Positions 25,930 to 37,812 of a DNA stretch of 64,000 nucleotides are shown piece by piece (position 1 is the first letter of the stretch; the number at the start of each line of letters is the position of its first letter). The stretch comes from Podarcis tiliguerta. Lineage: Eukaryota. The notes beneath the pieces are model-generated. The model ran no database searches. It had not been told where the DNA came from and saw nothing but the letters and a program-made list of their open reading frames with translations. The position numbers and the translations under genes are program-made. Location of the stretch: the NCBI GenBank assembly GCA_965153285.1, contig OZ229121.1. The stretch is one strand, 5' to 3'.

Positions 25930-27711
25930 TTCACCTCTCTTTCCTTTATTAACAAATTTGTCAGAAGACACTGAAGAAAAGTGTGTAATTTTACAGATGT
26001 TTTACTTTTATAAATACAGAAGCAAAGTAATGCAACTTGATTTTTAGAAATAATAATAAAAAATTAACCCTAAATAAGTGCTAACTTTTAAGCAAGGCCA
26101 GGTAATATCCAATATTCTGGCATCACTTATTTTAAACATTACTGTACTCCAAAAAATGTGTTACGTGTAGTAGTTGATGCTAGTGTCTGTTTATAAACCT
26201 TTGAGCTCCTCTTTTTGGAAGGAGGTGGATAAATAGAATATCTTATTTGTATACCTCTAAAAGCAAAGAACATGAATTGCTAGAACATAACAAACCAAAT
26301 AATATTAAGATGAGCATGAGAAATGAAGTCTCATTAAAAGCATTTGCAATGAAAGAGGTATGTCAGGGTAATACTGCACTAGTGGTAAATGTTTTCAATA
26401 TCCATAGCAATAATGCTTAAGAGAACTATACGGAAAGTCATCAATGCACCGCATTGAATTATATCTTGCTAAAATAAAACGACATTCCTGCAGCTAACTA
26501 AAATAAAAATATACTTTAAATACATGTTTGTTTCCATTTAGACATAGTATAATTATGTCTTAATTAGAAAGAAATCGTATACCCCTATAAAAACTAATAC
26601 TGACAAACAACCTGATCCTTAAGATATCGGACAAGATAAAATATCCTGAAGGTAGGGTCTTCCTTTTCTCCTGTGTGAATAGAAATGCTGCCCATGTACC
26701 TTGGAAGTCGAATGGAATCCATTCCGGAAGTCCGTTTGACTTCCAAAGCGTTCAAAAACCAAAGCACGGCTTCTGATTGGCTGCAGGAAGCTCCTGCAGC
26801 CAATCAGAAGTCACGGAAGCCCTGTTGGATGTTCGGCTTCCAAAAGAATGTTCGAAAACCGGAACAGTCACTTCCAGGTTTCGATCGTTCGGGAGCCAAA
26901 ACATTCGAGAACTAGGCAGTTCGAAAACCAAGGTACGACTGTATACAGAAATTCTTTGTTCTGATACAAGGCATTATACAGTTCATAGAAGAGAACCAGG
27001 AAGACCCTGCCTGTACAGAAGCTCTGCTTGGAATCAGATCATGGACATTGTTACAATCCTACTACTTAATTTGCCATTATTTTCAGTAAGAGGAACACAA
27101 CTGAAATAGTAGAGAGCATGTCTTGAGCGCTACATTATGGTTGTCATGGGGAAAATAAATCCCATCAAGTCCAATTCCACTTATTTCCACATAACTACCA
27201 TGATCTAGAAATCATTGCATGCCAAAGCAGGATGCAAGAAACCTGTCCCCCCCCCATATATGGTTTACCCTCCTTGAATCAAGGTTTACAACTACAATCT
27301 TACAAGTCTGCTATGCTGACCCAGTTCTTTTCAATAGGAACTGTGCCAGCATAGTACTTTGAGCATCAGGTTGAAAGTACCTTTTTGCTTCAATGATCTA
27401 AATAAAATACAAAGTTTGTGTCCTTTAATAAGTTACAGTAGAACAGTCTGTAACCTTTCTACATCGTTAACACTGGAAGCAAGGCAAAAGATACAAGGCA
27501 AGATGCTTTTCTTCTGACCTTTGTTCTTTCTTAAATAATTAAAAAAGAGGCATATGTCTATAAGACATACCCTTTTAACTAAATGTTTTGGTGTTCATCT
27601 GCAACACTGCAGAAAATAATGTGCTACCCTTTTTTTTTCTTATGGGAATTTGTTTTCCCTTTGAACTTGTGTTTTCATAGCAGATGGCCATGAGTTTATA
27701 GCTTTGTTCAT
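25930..27711 (-). other. CHN2: CHN2 3'UTR with candidate poly(A) signal AATAAA at 25950-25945
   Basis: AU-rich sequence after the stop codon. The AATAAA is a candidate only; the UTR may run further, to about 24950. Confidence 0.6.
26696..26941. mobile_element. Tc1/mariner-type MITE in the CHN2 3'UTR (left TIR clipped)
   Basis: Right TIR ccaaggtacgactg plus TA; same family as 55118. Confidence 0.85.
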
Positions 27712-27883
27712 TTAAAACAAAACATCTTCATTTTCTATCAATATTTGCACAATGAGTTTCTGGTACCGCATGTCATTGAGTGTCGCAAGAGTGCTGTCTT
27801 CTGGGGGTCGCATTAAAGTAGGTCCAAACACTATTCCCAAATTTTCAGCGTTCATAAAATTGTCTTTTTCATTCATGGTAATC
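27712..27883 (-). CDS. CHN2: CHN2 last coding exon ([29 protein letters not shown]...LIENEDVLF*)
   Basis: 172 nt; TTTAG| acceptor; N-M[13 protein letters not shown] motif; TAA stop at 27714-27712. Confidence 0.97.
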
Positions 27884-28003
27884 CTAAAGGTGAAAGAAAA
27901 GTGATATCTCTGTTAAACTGTTTTCCCACCCTTTCTTTATACCCAGAACTGATTGGGAATTCTAGGAAAACACAAAAAAAGTGCAGTTTTGAAAAGCTCA
28001 GTT

Positions 28004-28139
28004 CAGGCATAGGCAAACTCAGCCCTCCAGATGTTTTGAGACTACAGTTCCCACCATCCTTGACCACTGGTCCTGTTAGCTAGGGATCATGGGAGTTGTA
28101 GGCTAAAAACATCTGGAGGGCCGAGTTTGCCTATGCCTG
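28004..28139. mobile_element. Palindromic hAT MITE
   Basis: TIRs caggcataggcaaactc / gagtttgcctatgcctg; TSD gctcagtt / gcttagtt. Confidence 0.9.
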
Positions 28140-28261
28140 GCTTAGTTAGCAATCTTGATTCAAGGTTATATCCAAACAGAAAAAAACCTGCTCCTTGATC
28201 TTAGGAACCATCATGCAAATTTTCCGTATATCTTAAGAGGTGTCCAAATGCATAGGGCACA

Positions 28262-28608
28262 GAGCTCACCCCCTGCTTCGGGCTGCAAGCTGCCGCCCCA
28301 AGCCTTGCGCGCCCGGCGGGACGCACCGCCTGGCGCGCAAGGCTTGCGTACATCTGCCCGAAGCAGGGGGCGGGCTCCGCAGCTCGCCCCCTGCTTCGGG
28401 CTGCAGGCTGCTGCCCCAAGCCTCACGCACCCGGCGGGACCTTGCGGATAGCTTCCTGAAGCCTGGAGAGCAAGAGGGGTCGGTGCGCACCGACGCCTCT
28501 CGCTCTCCAGGCTTCAGCGAAAGCCTGCATTTGCCCCATAGGACGCACACACATTTCCCCTTCATTTTTGGAGGCGAAAAAGTGTGTCCTATAGGGCGAA
28601 AAATACGG
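28262..28608. mobile_element. GC-rich pogo/Tigger-like MITE (CCGTA terminus), left end missing
   Basis: Right end cctatagggcgaaaaatacgg plus TA; similar termini at 59306; internal direct and inverted repeats. Confidence 0.7.
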
Positions 28609-28748
28609 TACTTGCACTTTGACGTTCTTTCGAACTGCTAGGTTGGCAGGAGCAGGGATCGAGCCACAGGAGCTCACCCCGTCGCTGGGATTCGAACCGC
28701 CGACCTTCTGATCAGCAAGTCCTAGGCTCAGTGGTTTAACCCACAGCG
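28609..28748 (-). mobile_element. Sauria SINE, 5' half
   Basis: cttgcactttgacg...ttcgaaccgccgacc...ccacagcg. Confidence 0.85.
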
Positions 28749-28774
28749 TTGTAAAACTGGTTAAAATTTGAAGA

Positions 28775-28803
28775 TACTACTACTACTACTACTACTACTA
28801 CTA
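28775..28803. repeat. (TAC)n microsatellite
   Basis: About 9 units. Confidence 0.9.
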
Positions 28804-28960
28804 AAATTACTCATAATATTTTTATTATTTATACCCCACCCATCTGGCTGTGTTGCCAGAAATTTCTTCTGCAGTGACGGTTTAAAATGATTTTTGAAGA
28901 ATATTTCTTTATGAAGAAAGAAAGATGACCAAGCCTCCTTTTATAGGCAAATTCGCTTAC

Positions 28961-29066
28961 TTTTTGAGATGAATCATCAGGTATCTAAGAGTCTCGTAGT
29001 GTGCTGCAGGAAGTAACATCAACACTTCGTGGACAGCTTCTAGTCTTTCATCAGCATTGGAGAGCT
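28961..29066 (-). CDS. CHN2: CHN2 exon, RhoGAP ([34 protein letters not shown])
   Basis: 106 nt; CGTAG| and |GTAAGC. Confidence 0.97.
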
Positions 29067-29239
29067 CTACGTGATGCAAAACAAGATTCTTGTAAGCTTT
29101 ATCAGATGCAGATTTCAAAGTTCAATAAAAAAAATACAGTTAAAGAACTCCAGTATTCCTGCTGCTGCAGGAGTTTTATAATTGTAGAGTTAAGGTCATG
29201 ACAAAACTATATAAATAAATGAAATGCCTCAGTACTTAC

Positions 29240-29377
29240 TTGCTGCATCTATAAACTTGGAATACGTATCGTAGGTGATAACCGGGATAGGCAGATCTCT
29301 GAAATACAGCTTCAGCGCTCCAGCAATAATATTTATGTCTGGATATATGTTGGCAGAGACGTCTGCCTTGTCACCAT
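29240..29377 (-). CDS. CHN2: CHN2 exon, RhoGAP ([46 protein letters not shown])
   Basis: 138 nt; TTCTAG| and |GTAAGT; LKLYFRDLP motif. Confidence 0.97.
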
Positions 29378-30911
29378 CTAGAAAAGAATGAGATGGTTTA
29401 AAGGTCTTTCATCAAAGACATTCTTGAGTTATCTTCTCAAACATTGCTCATGATTGGGTTTTGAATCACTGGAAAATGAAGAAGTTTCATAACCGGGACA
29501 CTACACAGGATACCTTTTCACACATCCCTACCAACTATACCTCAGATGGAACTATACCTCAGATGTGCCTACGGGTCTTCTGATGTCAACCTCCGTGGAT
29601 GGACATATGACCATATGGGAAGACATATTCCCTTATGAATGCTTGTCAAAACTCTTTTAAGGCTTCAAAGTGAACGCCTTGAGTTATATACCCCCGAGTT
29701 TATTCAGCCAGTGAAGCTAAAACAATCAAGAAGTTACACGTTCCCATACACTGGCTCCAGCAAACACATTTGCTGGATCAATTAGTACTAGCCGAAATGT
29801 TTTTCTGAAGGCATTTCAAAGACAGTCCCTTGAACGGTGTACTGTAGTAGACCAATCTCATTTTATTTAAAAGATTTAAGGATACCTTTCAGTGAAACTA
29901 TCAGTGCAGCACATAAGGAACTATTATAAAACCATGACTATAAAATCTTATTTGTGTGGTGGTGGGGGGCAGGGAGAGAGAGTGTTTTAGGAACAGCTTA
30001 CTAAGTAATTCAGTCTTCAGGCACAAAGTTTAAATTTGTTCAGAATTAATCCACTCTTCTGTCCCTTTAGAAAACAAGCGATAAACCTGCTTTCTCAGGT
30101 CTTGCTTTAAAATAGGTCCTTGTACCTATTCCTTCCTCTATGTCAAAGTACTTTGTTTTGCTTATGAAAAGCCCTGCAATAAAGTTTTAAAATGCATTTG
30201 TATTTAGCAGAATAAATAATCATTTTGCGAAGAAACCCGTGGCATTAAACTTGAAGCGACATGAAATATATCCACAAAAATTTTATTTAAAGCAGATGTA
30301 TAGCTGAGGTGCTTGTGAAGGCCAAATTGTAAGTTTAACACCGCAGCAATAATCATACTTATTAGGAAGGAGCTAAATTGTAACTGAATGAATCTTCAAG
30401 TGTAATTATAAATGTGTTTGTGACTGGGGATCAAGTCTTTAAAACAAACAGTCTATGTATCTGATACAGCAGAGTGAACCCGCATATTAGCATTTACTCT
30501 AATACAGCACCAGTACTTCCATCACAGTGTTTATTCTGCACCAGCCAGGCTCATATTTATCCTCATATACTTGGTACGGTAGCGTTAGTATTATAGAACG
30601 TTGTTTGGACAGCTCTATTTAATTGCAGTACAATGAGATCTAAAGTGCTACAGTGAAAGCAAATGCTTTGGGGGGGGGGGGGGAATACTGCAGCTGCCTC
30701 TATATCCATCCAGATATGGTAAAGCAGAATGCCATATCCCCTTTTCAGGCTATCTGCACGTGACATTCATAGGTTATCATAGCAAGTCATATCATGGAGG
30801 AGTTTTACTTGGAAGTTGGTAAGTATCTCTCTGCCTGTAACTTGTTACAAGCTAAACAGATGGGGAAAGACTGAAGGCCACTTAAAAGGCAGGTATGTGC
30901 GCACCCTAGAA

Positions 30912-31256
30912 CATGGGTAGGCAAACTAAGGCCCAGGGACCGGATCTGGCCCAATTGCCTTCTCAATCTGGCCCAATTGCCTTCTCAATCTGGCCCGCGG
31001 ACGGTCCGGGAATCAATGTGTTTTTACATGAGTAGAATATGTCCTTTTATTTAAAATGCATCTCTGGGTTATTTGTAGGGCCTGCCTGGTGTTTTTACAT
31101 GAGTATAATCTGTGCCTTTATTTAAAATGCATCTCTGGGTTATTTGTGGGGCATAGGAATTCGTTCATCCCCCCCCCAAAAATATAGTCTGCCTCTTCCC
31201 ACAAGGTCTGAGGGACTGTGGACTGGCCCCCTGCTGAAAAAGTTTGCTGACCCCTG
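30912..31256. mobile_element. hAT-Charlie-type MITE
   Basis: Termini catgggtaggcaaact / agtttgctgacccctg; TSD ccctagaa / ctctagac; same family as 60332; local tandem duplication of about 22 bp near 30945-30995. Confidence 0.85.
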
Positions 31257-32879
31257 CTCTAGACACATAGCAAATCAAAAAATTAATTCTGATGAAAAGC
31301 ACTGCTCAAACTGGAATTGCTCTAAGAATCTATGGTACCTATGGATTCCAGCACTGTATTTTTTCTTTCCAAACATTCAAAAGGCACTCCAGAAAACAAA
31401 TGTACTCTTTCGTGAACTGCAATATGCCACAAACTGCAGGTGTAAAAACAGTTGCTCATTCTGAAAATTGGTGTTATTGGATGCTAATAAGAATCAGCCA
31501 GCTGGAGAAAATAAGTAGTTTTAGAGAGCAGTGGTACTGATAAAGGAAGCTGCAGTACTTTGGAGGTGTTTGACCATGATTCGGTCAAGGGGTCCATCAC
31601 AAACAAGCCACATGCAGCCATCTTTGTTTGTTTGCTTGTTTAGCAACTTTGTCTTCAACAGCTCACTGTCCTGAATAAATTTTTTTTTATAAAACGGTAA
31701 CATTTTGAAAGCAACCTAGGTGGGCATGTGGAAAATACCAATGATGAATGAACCAGAAAAATAACATCTTAGTCTACACATAACTATCTCTGCAACTGCT
31801 GAATTTCTAGAGTACAATTCTTGCAAATTTAGCAAATTCATACAACCTATAAGCTATTTTAAATCCAAACACAGGGAAGCTGTTTGGCACGATGAGCTGT
31901 TGGTCTGCAGCTGTTTACGATGTGGAACTGCTTTTTTAAAAATGAAATAGTAGTATATAAGCATTTTAATAAATTCCTATGTTAATTATGCAACCACAGA
32001 CCACCAAACAAGTTATGGTGGCATGTTGAGGAACAGGTCACTTCGGTAGTCTCCTTGTGGTAGGAATCACATGCATCTCAAAGTTCAGTGGCCATATTTT
32101 AAACAAGCTGACAAGAGAAATTGTGTTTGCCCGTAGTTTATATCATATACTAAAGGTGAACCTACCCACAATGCTTAATGCATAACATGTATTACAACTC
32201 TTATTTCTCTTAAATTAATTGCAGTCATGAAGGGCAGAACAAAAGAGGAGATGAGGTTTCTCTCTTCAGTTGCTAGCCATGTCTCCCTGAATATTAACCC
32301 CCTCATGTGCCCATGAGGCTTAGTAAAAAAGTGCCAATGAGGCTAATGCCTCTTTGCAAAAAACAAAAACAAAATAAAGCAGAAAAAAATAGTGATGTAG
32401 ATCCTTCTTTAGTAACAACCCTCAAATATGAGATGTGTGGTGCCAAGCAGGACAAACAACCAACTAAAGCTCAGAATGCACTTGTTACAATGAGAACTCT
32501 ATGAACAAGCTGTACAATGAATGTTTTATATGCTAGCAGGAACAGAACTGGTCAACAATACCAGCACAGTGAGCGACTGTTGCTGTACAGCATCCATATT
32601 CATTCCGTGGAAGAATAAATAAACATTATTCCTATCAAGCTTACTCAGTGGAATTAACAGTCACAAACATACTGACCTGATTTTTACTCTAAAGCTCAAC
32701 TGGCCTTATAGTATAGTGATAATGTAATTTAGACCCTCATTATTTTAGAGGTGGTGGGGCCGAATTTAATATGCAGAAACAGAACGTGGTATAGTCCTTC
32801 CTGAAACGAAGCAGTTCAAATAGGTATGTTTTGAGACGCTGTGCATCTTCCTACTCACACCAAGACATGTTTTAACATA

Positions 32880-33127
32880 CAGTGGTACCTTGCAAGACGA
32901 ATGCCTCTCAAGACGAAAGTGTTTTTCGTTTTCTGAGTTGCTTCGCAAGATGGATTTCCCTATGGGCTTGCTTCGCGAGACGAAAACGTCTTGCGCCTTT
33001 TTTAAAAAACCGCCAATGCATTCCTATGGGAAACCGTCAATGCACAGTGGTGCTTCGCCAGATGAAAAAATTCACAAGACGAAAAAACTCGCAGAACAAA
33101 TTAATTTCGTCTTGCGAAGCACCACTG
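32880..33127. mobile_element. Tc1/mariner-type MITE
   Basis: cagtggtaccttgcaagacgaa / ttcgtcttgcgaagcaccactg; TA TSD. Confidence 0.88.
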
Positions 33128-33301
33128 TATGTGGTAAATGCCAATAGAAACCAGTACATAATAAAATAGCCTGAAAGTATTGTGGGCCTCTCATTATTAC
33201 ACCATCAAAACATGTGCAACGCCAATGAACACAGGGTATGTACAAGCTTCCGAAAGCTAAAATATTGCCGACAGGCTTTCCACAGCTAAAATGTACTGTA
33301 C

Positions 33302-33379
33302 CTCGATCAAAGGCCATTTTGACATCTTCAATGTGTTCAGTGAACCCCGAGACTCTGTAAATCCCTTCCGACTTCAAAC
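33302..33379 (-). CDS. CHN2: CHN2 exon, RhoGAP arginine finger ([26 protein letters not shown])
   Basis: 78 nt; CTGCAG| and |GTACAG; catalytic G-I-Y-R-x-S-G motif intact. Confidence 0.97.
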
Positions 33380-33674
33380 CTGCAGGCAAAAATTTCATCA
33401 GCTGCTGTTTAGTCTAGGGATACATTTTCACACTCCAGTTATTTTTTACTTCTTTTCACAAGATAGCTTCTGCCTCCCGAATTCTCGGAACAAGAGAAAT
33501 TACTCATCATATAGCCATCTTTTGACAGAGCTCTCACAGTTGGTTAGTTATGCCCCCTTTAGGCCCATAACAGCAATCATTAGCTTTTAAAGAATGAGGG
33601 TTTTTTCCCACACACACCATGTGTGTAGGGGAGAAAATTGGAGGATCGGTTTGAGGATCTATAACAGATAACTT

Positions 33675-34063
33675 AGAATCATAGAATCATAGAGTTGGAA
33701 GAGACCACAAGGGCCATCGAGTCCAACCCCCTGCCAAGCAGGAAACACCATCAGAGCACTCCTGACATATGGTTGTCAAGCCTCTGCTTAAAGACCTCCA
33801 AAGAAGGAGACTCCACCACACTCCTTGGCAGCAAATTCCACTGTCGAACGGCTCTTACTGTCAGGAAGTTCTTCCTAATGTTTAGGTGGAATCTTCTTTC
33901 TTGTAGTTTGGATCCATTGCTCTGTGTCCGCTTCTCTGGAGCAGCAGAAAACAACCTTTCTCCCTCCTCTATGTGACATCCTTTTATATATTTGAACATG
34001 GCTATCATATCACCCCTTAACCTCCTCTTCTCCAGGCTAAACATGCCCAGCTCCCTTAGCCCT
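33675..34063 (-). mobile_element. Young 5'-truncated CR1 LINE
   Basis: Open ORF2 C-terminus FSLEKRRLRGDMI...WNLLP.SVVESPSLEVFKQRLD; (ATTCTATG)n tail; taactt flanks both ends. Confidence 0.93.
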
Positions 34064-34651
34064 TAACTTGAAATCCCTATGTTGGAAAGGGAGGCTGACA
34101 CTATTTAAGCACAAGGGTGCAATTCATCTTGTAACAACTGAGCGTTGCAAGGAAGTAGAGAGATGCTTCAAGTGATGAATGGGACCATGGAAGGGCCTTG
34201 AAACTTCTATCCTAGCAACCACTCTCCAGGGTCTCAGGCAGAGAGCCTTCCAAGGCTTGCTAGCCTTTTCTCTCTTTTTTTAACAGGAATTTAATATAGA
34301 ATTTCCTGCATGCAACCCATTAGTTCTCTTACTGAGCTGTATGACCTTTCCCACATAAGGATGATGACTTAATTTAAGCTAATGGCTTGGATTGTAGCGG
34401 AAATCAATTTGAGGAAGTGCCTGGAAGTTTCCCATCCTCTCCTTGTCCCTGCAGCCATCTGAAATCCTCCAAAAGGCGGCTCTTTCATTCTCTGAACTTC
34501 AAAGCTCCTCTTCCAGCAGCCTCAGATGCCACATCCCACATTGTCCAGAAGGGTGGATACTTGGGGGTGGGGGCGCAGGTGGCTTCAGGTGGGAAGAGGG
34601 CATCAAAAACTGCTGTAAAATTCCTAAATTTCACTTCTCTTGGGATCCACA

Positions 34652-35087
34652 CAGGGCCGGATTTAGGTTTGATGAGGCCCTAAGCTACTGAAGGTAGTGG
34701 GGACCTTTATATATCAGGCTGTCCTTTGTCAACAACAAATTGTCACTGGTTTTTGTGTTGAATATATGCTATATGGTAATTTATGGACCTAATGGGTATC
34801 TAAAGTCATTTGCATGTGCAGAATGCAGGCACCCTATATATAGAAATGAGCAAACCAGGGATATTTTAGGGAGCAGGCTAGCAGGCGGGGCCCATTACTT
34901 ACCTCATAGGAGCCTACACAACACAAAACACTGTTGCTGTATGTAGGTTTTATTTTATTTGTTTTTTATCTTATATTTTGGAAATGTACATCCAGTTTTT
35001 TCCCCTTTAATTTTTTTGGGGGCCCCGAAGAGACTGGGGTCCTAAGCTATAGCTTGTTTAACTTATACGTACGTAAATCTGGCATTG
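34652..35087. mobile_element. Non-autonomous hAT element (Tip100-like termini)
   Basis: cagggccggattta / taaatctggcattg; perfect 8-bp TSD gatccaca. Confidence 0.85.
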
Positions 35088-35865
35088 GATCCACACCATT
35101 GCCTTCTAATATCTATACTCACTCAGCTACTAAGATGATGTGGGTTAACTGGAAATGATTAACTTTGGTCTATTAACTTAATTAAATATATTCCAGTCCG
35201 TTTCACACTGTGTAGAACTTAATTGGACACAATCCCGGTGGCACAATAAAGAGATTTAAATTTCCTATAACAGTTCTAGGTTTGATTTATGATATACACA
35301 TTGATTGATTGATTGACTGAATTTATATCTCACCCTATTGAAGCCTTCTATAAGTATTTTCTTCTATTATTTATAGGCTAAGAGTTTATTTTACATTAAT
35401 ATCTTAACATGCATTTGTTCATTTCACATTAGTTTCTGCAACATAGGCTTGGTTATCATTTTGAAAGCAACTGGACTTTACTATAGCTCCCAACAGTTTT
35501 AATTGGAAAGTGCAATATTTACTGGAAAAATTAAATGTGAGGGGGCATAGTTTTCTACATTGAAAAATGTAGCTAAATATATTAAATAATTAAAACAATG
35601 CACATTGTTTGTGTGGTGGTAGTAGTGAACTACAATTTGCTTCCTCAACCAAGTTGTTCTTCAAAGTAAATGCTTTAAACAATTTGTTCATAAAACTTTT
35701 CCCCACAAAGGAATATAAAGAAATCAGATTTTATATAAAACATGTAATTTAAAATTACTTAGTTTTCTGTAATATAATCTCTGATTACGTTTGTCAGTCA
35801 GTGATATTATATTAGCGTTCTAGTAACCCAGTGAAGGAAATCCTATTTCATCAACATGTAAATAC

Positions 35866-36039
35866 CTCTTGCTTCGATTTCTCGAATACATATGTCCACT
35901 ACCATGGGTCTCTGTGAATTGTGGGCCTTCACTAGTGTGGTGAGGTCACAGCAGTAGACTCGTTTGATTCTCTTGAGGTCTGGTTGGCAGTCATTGGGGA
36001 CGTATTTTGAACACTGTTTGTGTACGTTCAATCCACAGT
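35866..36039 (-). CDS. CHN2: CHN2 exon, end of C1 and start of RhoGAP ([12 protein letters not shown]...CIREIEAR)
   Basis: 174 nt; TTTACAG| and |GTATTT; phases join with neighbouring exons. Confidence 0.97.
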
Positions 36040-36242
36040 CTGTAAAGAAAGTATCAGTGTTACTTTGAGTTTTTTCTATTTTACTCTCAGAAAGAATGAA
36101 AACATTCTACATGTGAACATCTTAGCTCTCAATTACTCTTACTTTTCACCGCACACAGTAAATTTCAAGGCAATAGATCGATTTGTAAATATAACAAAGG
36201 TTGGCAGGCAAAAATATGCGAAGGAATGAAATTCTACGAGTA

Positions 36243-36395
36243 TAGGGTTGCCATATTTCAAAAAGTGAACATCCGGACACAAAAGTTGTTGAGCTTCTGA
36301 TATGGGCTGCCATATGACTGGGTTTCCCCAGAAATTTTAACCAATTTTTGAGAATTCCGTTCCGATCAATGAATCCCAGATGTATGGCAGCCCTA
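36243..36395. mobile_element. hAT (Blackjack-like) MITE
   Basis: tagggttgccata / tatggcagcccta; related to 3406; TSD not preserved. Confidence 0.7.
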
Positions 36396-36855
36396 TGTAA
36401 TATAACATTTGAATCTTACTCTAATTCTCTAGTAATGTAGCAGGTACATGAAGCACATATGAGCAACTGTTAAGGCTGAAACAAAAAATTTTGGCCACCG
36501 TGTGGAGAATGTGGAAAATGCTTCCAAGTGCCTTTGGTTCTAATATATTTGAAATGGGTTGACAAGATGTTCAGATCATTTCAGTGCTAACTGAAATAAA
36601 GACAGGTAACTGTAACAACAACAACAAATTATGTGTATGCTGTCCATCTGACTAGGTTGTCCCAGCCACTCTGGGCAGCTTCCAACAAGTTAAAACAAAT
36701 TTTAAGGACCAAGACTGTAATGAAGACTGTAATGGATACAGGAGCTCTTCAAGAAATCCAGGCCAATCCATGTGGTAAATATTACATTTATAGTAAAATT
36801 TTATATGTGTCTCCTCAGAAGCAAGCTCCACTGAGTTCAGTGGGACTTATATAAA

Positions 36856-37222
36856 AAAGGTAAAGGACTCCTGGATGGTTAAGTCCAGTCAAAGGCGACT
36901 ATGGGGTTGCAGCGCCCATCTCGCTTTCAGGCTGAGGGAGCCGGCGTTTGCCCACAGACAGCTTTCCGGGTCGTGTGGCCAGCATGACTAAACCGCTTCT
37001 GGTGCAACGGGACACTGTGACAGAAGCCAGAGTGCATGGAAACGCAATTTACCTTTCCGCCACAGAGGTACCTATTTATCTACTTGCACTGGTGTGCTTT
37101 TGAACTGCTAGGTTGGCAGGAGCTGGGACAGAGCAATGGGAGCTCACCAACCTTCTGAACAGCCAACCTTCTGATTGGCAAGCCCAAGAGGATCAGTGGT
37201 TTAGGCCACAGCGCCACCCGCA
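36856..37222 (-). mobile_element. Sauria SINE
   Basis: Same subfamily as 12080. Confidence 0.9.
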
Positions 37223-37268
37223 TATACCAGTGGGACTTACTCCTAGATTGCAGCCTAAGTATAGTTTC

Positions 37269-37812
37269 TGTCCCATGGCCCCTAACAGAAGCCTAATTGC
37301 AACAGGGGTGGAGTGATGTTCTAGGAGAGGGGGGCTGCCAACTCCATCTCCCTGTGTGCAATTAGGCTTCAAAGAAACTGTAATGGTTCTAGGGGTTGCT
37401 CGTGTGAAAATCGGCGCCACACCTGGGTGGGTTGCCTGAGTGAACCCTTTCTGTCTGGACAGCCACTCGCCCGTGGCTGTCTCAATCGCTGGCAGAATCC
37501 GTCAGTGGGCGTTTCTTGAACTTCTTCCAGCATAAAAGTTCTTTGACGCCTAGTCTTCGCCTACTCTCCCTGCACGGAAGCCTTCTGCGCAGGGAGGGTG
37601 TGGGCATCGGAGGACCCGTGCTCTCCCCGCTGGTCCCCAGTGAGGAGTCTTGGAGCCACCTCGCCGATTCCCCCATCTGCCCCCCTTCTCCACTGGTGCT
37701 ACGCTGATTTCCTTCCCCAGAAGATGTGCTGCTTCTCTCCCTCCCGGGACGCTCTCCGGAATCCCTCTGGAGCCCTCCCTCTCCCTCTGGCTCCGATGGC
37801 AGTTCCCTGACA
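37269..37812 (-). mobile_element. Solo LTR-like element
   Basis: Minus strand starts TGTCAGG and ends GGGACA; CpG-rich; carries an open frame of about 110 codons. No direct TSD. Confidence 0.55.
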
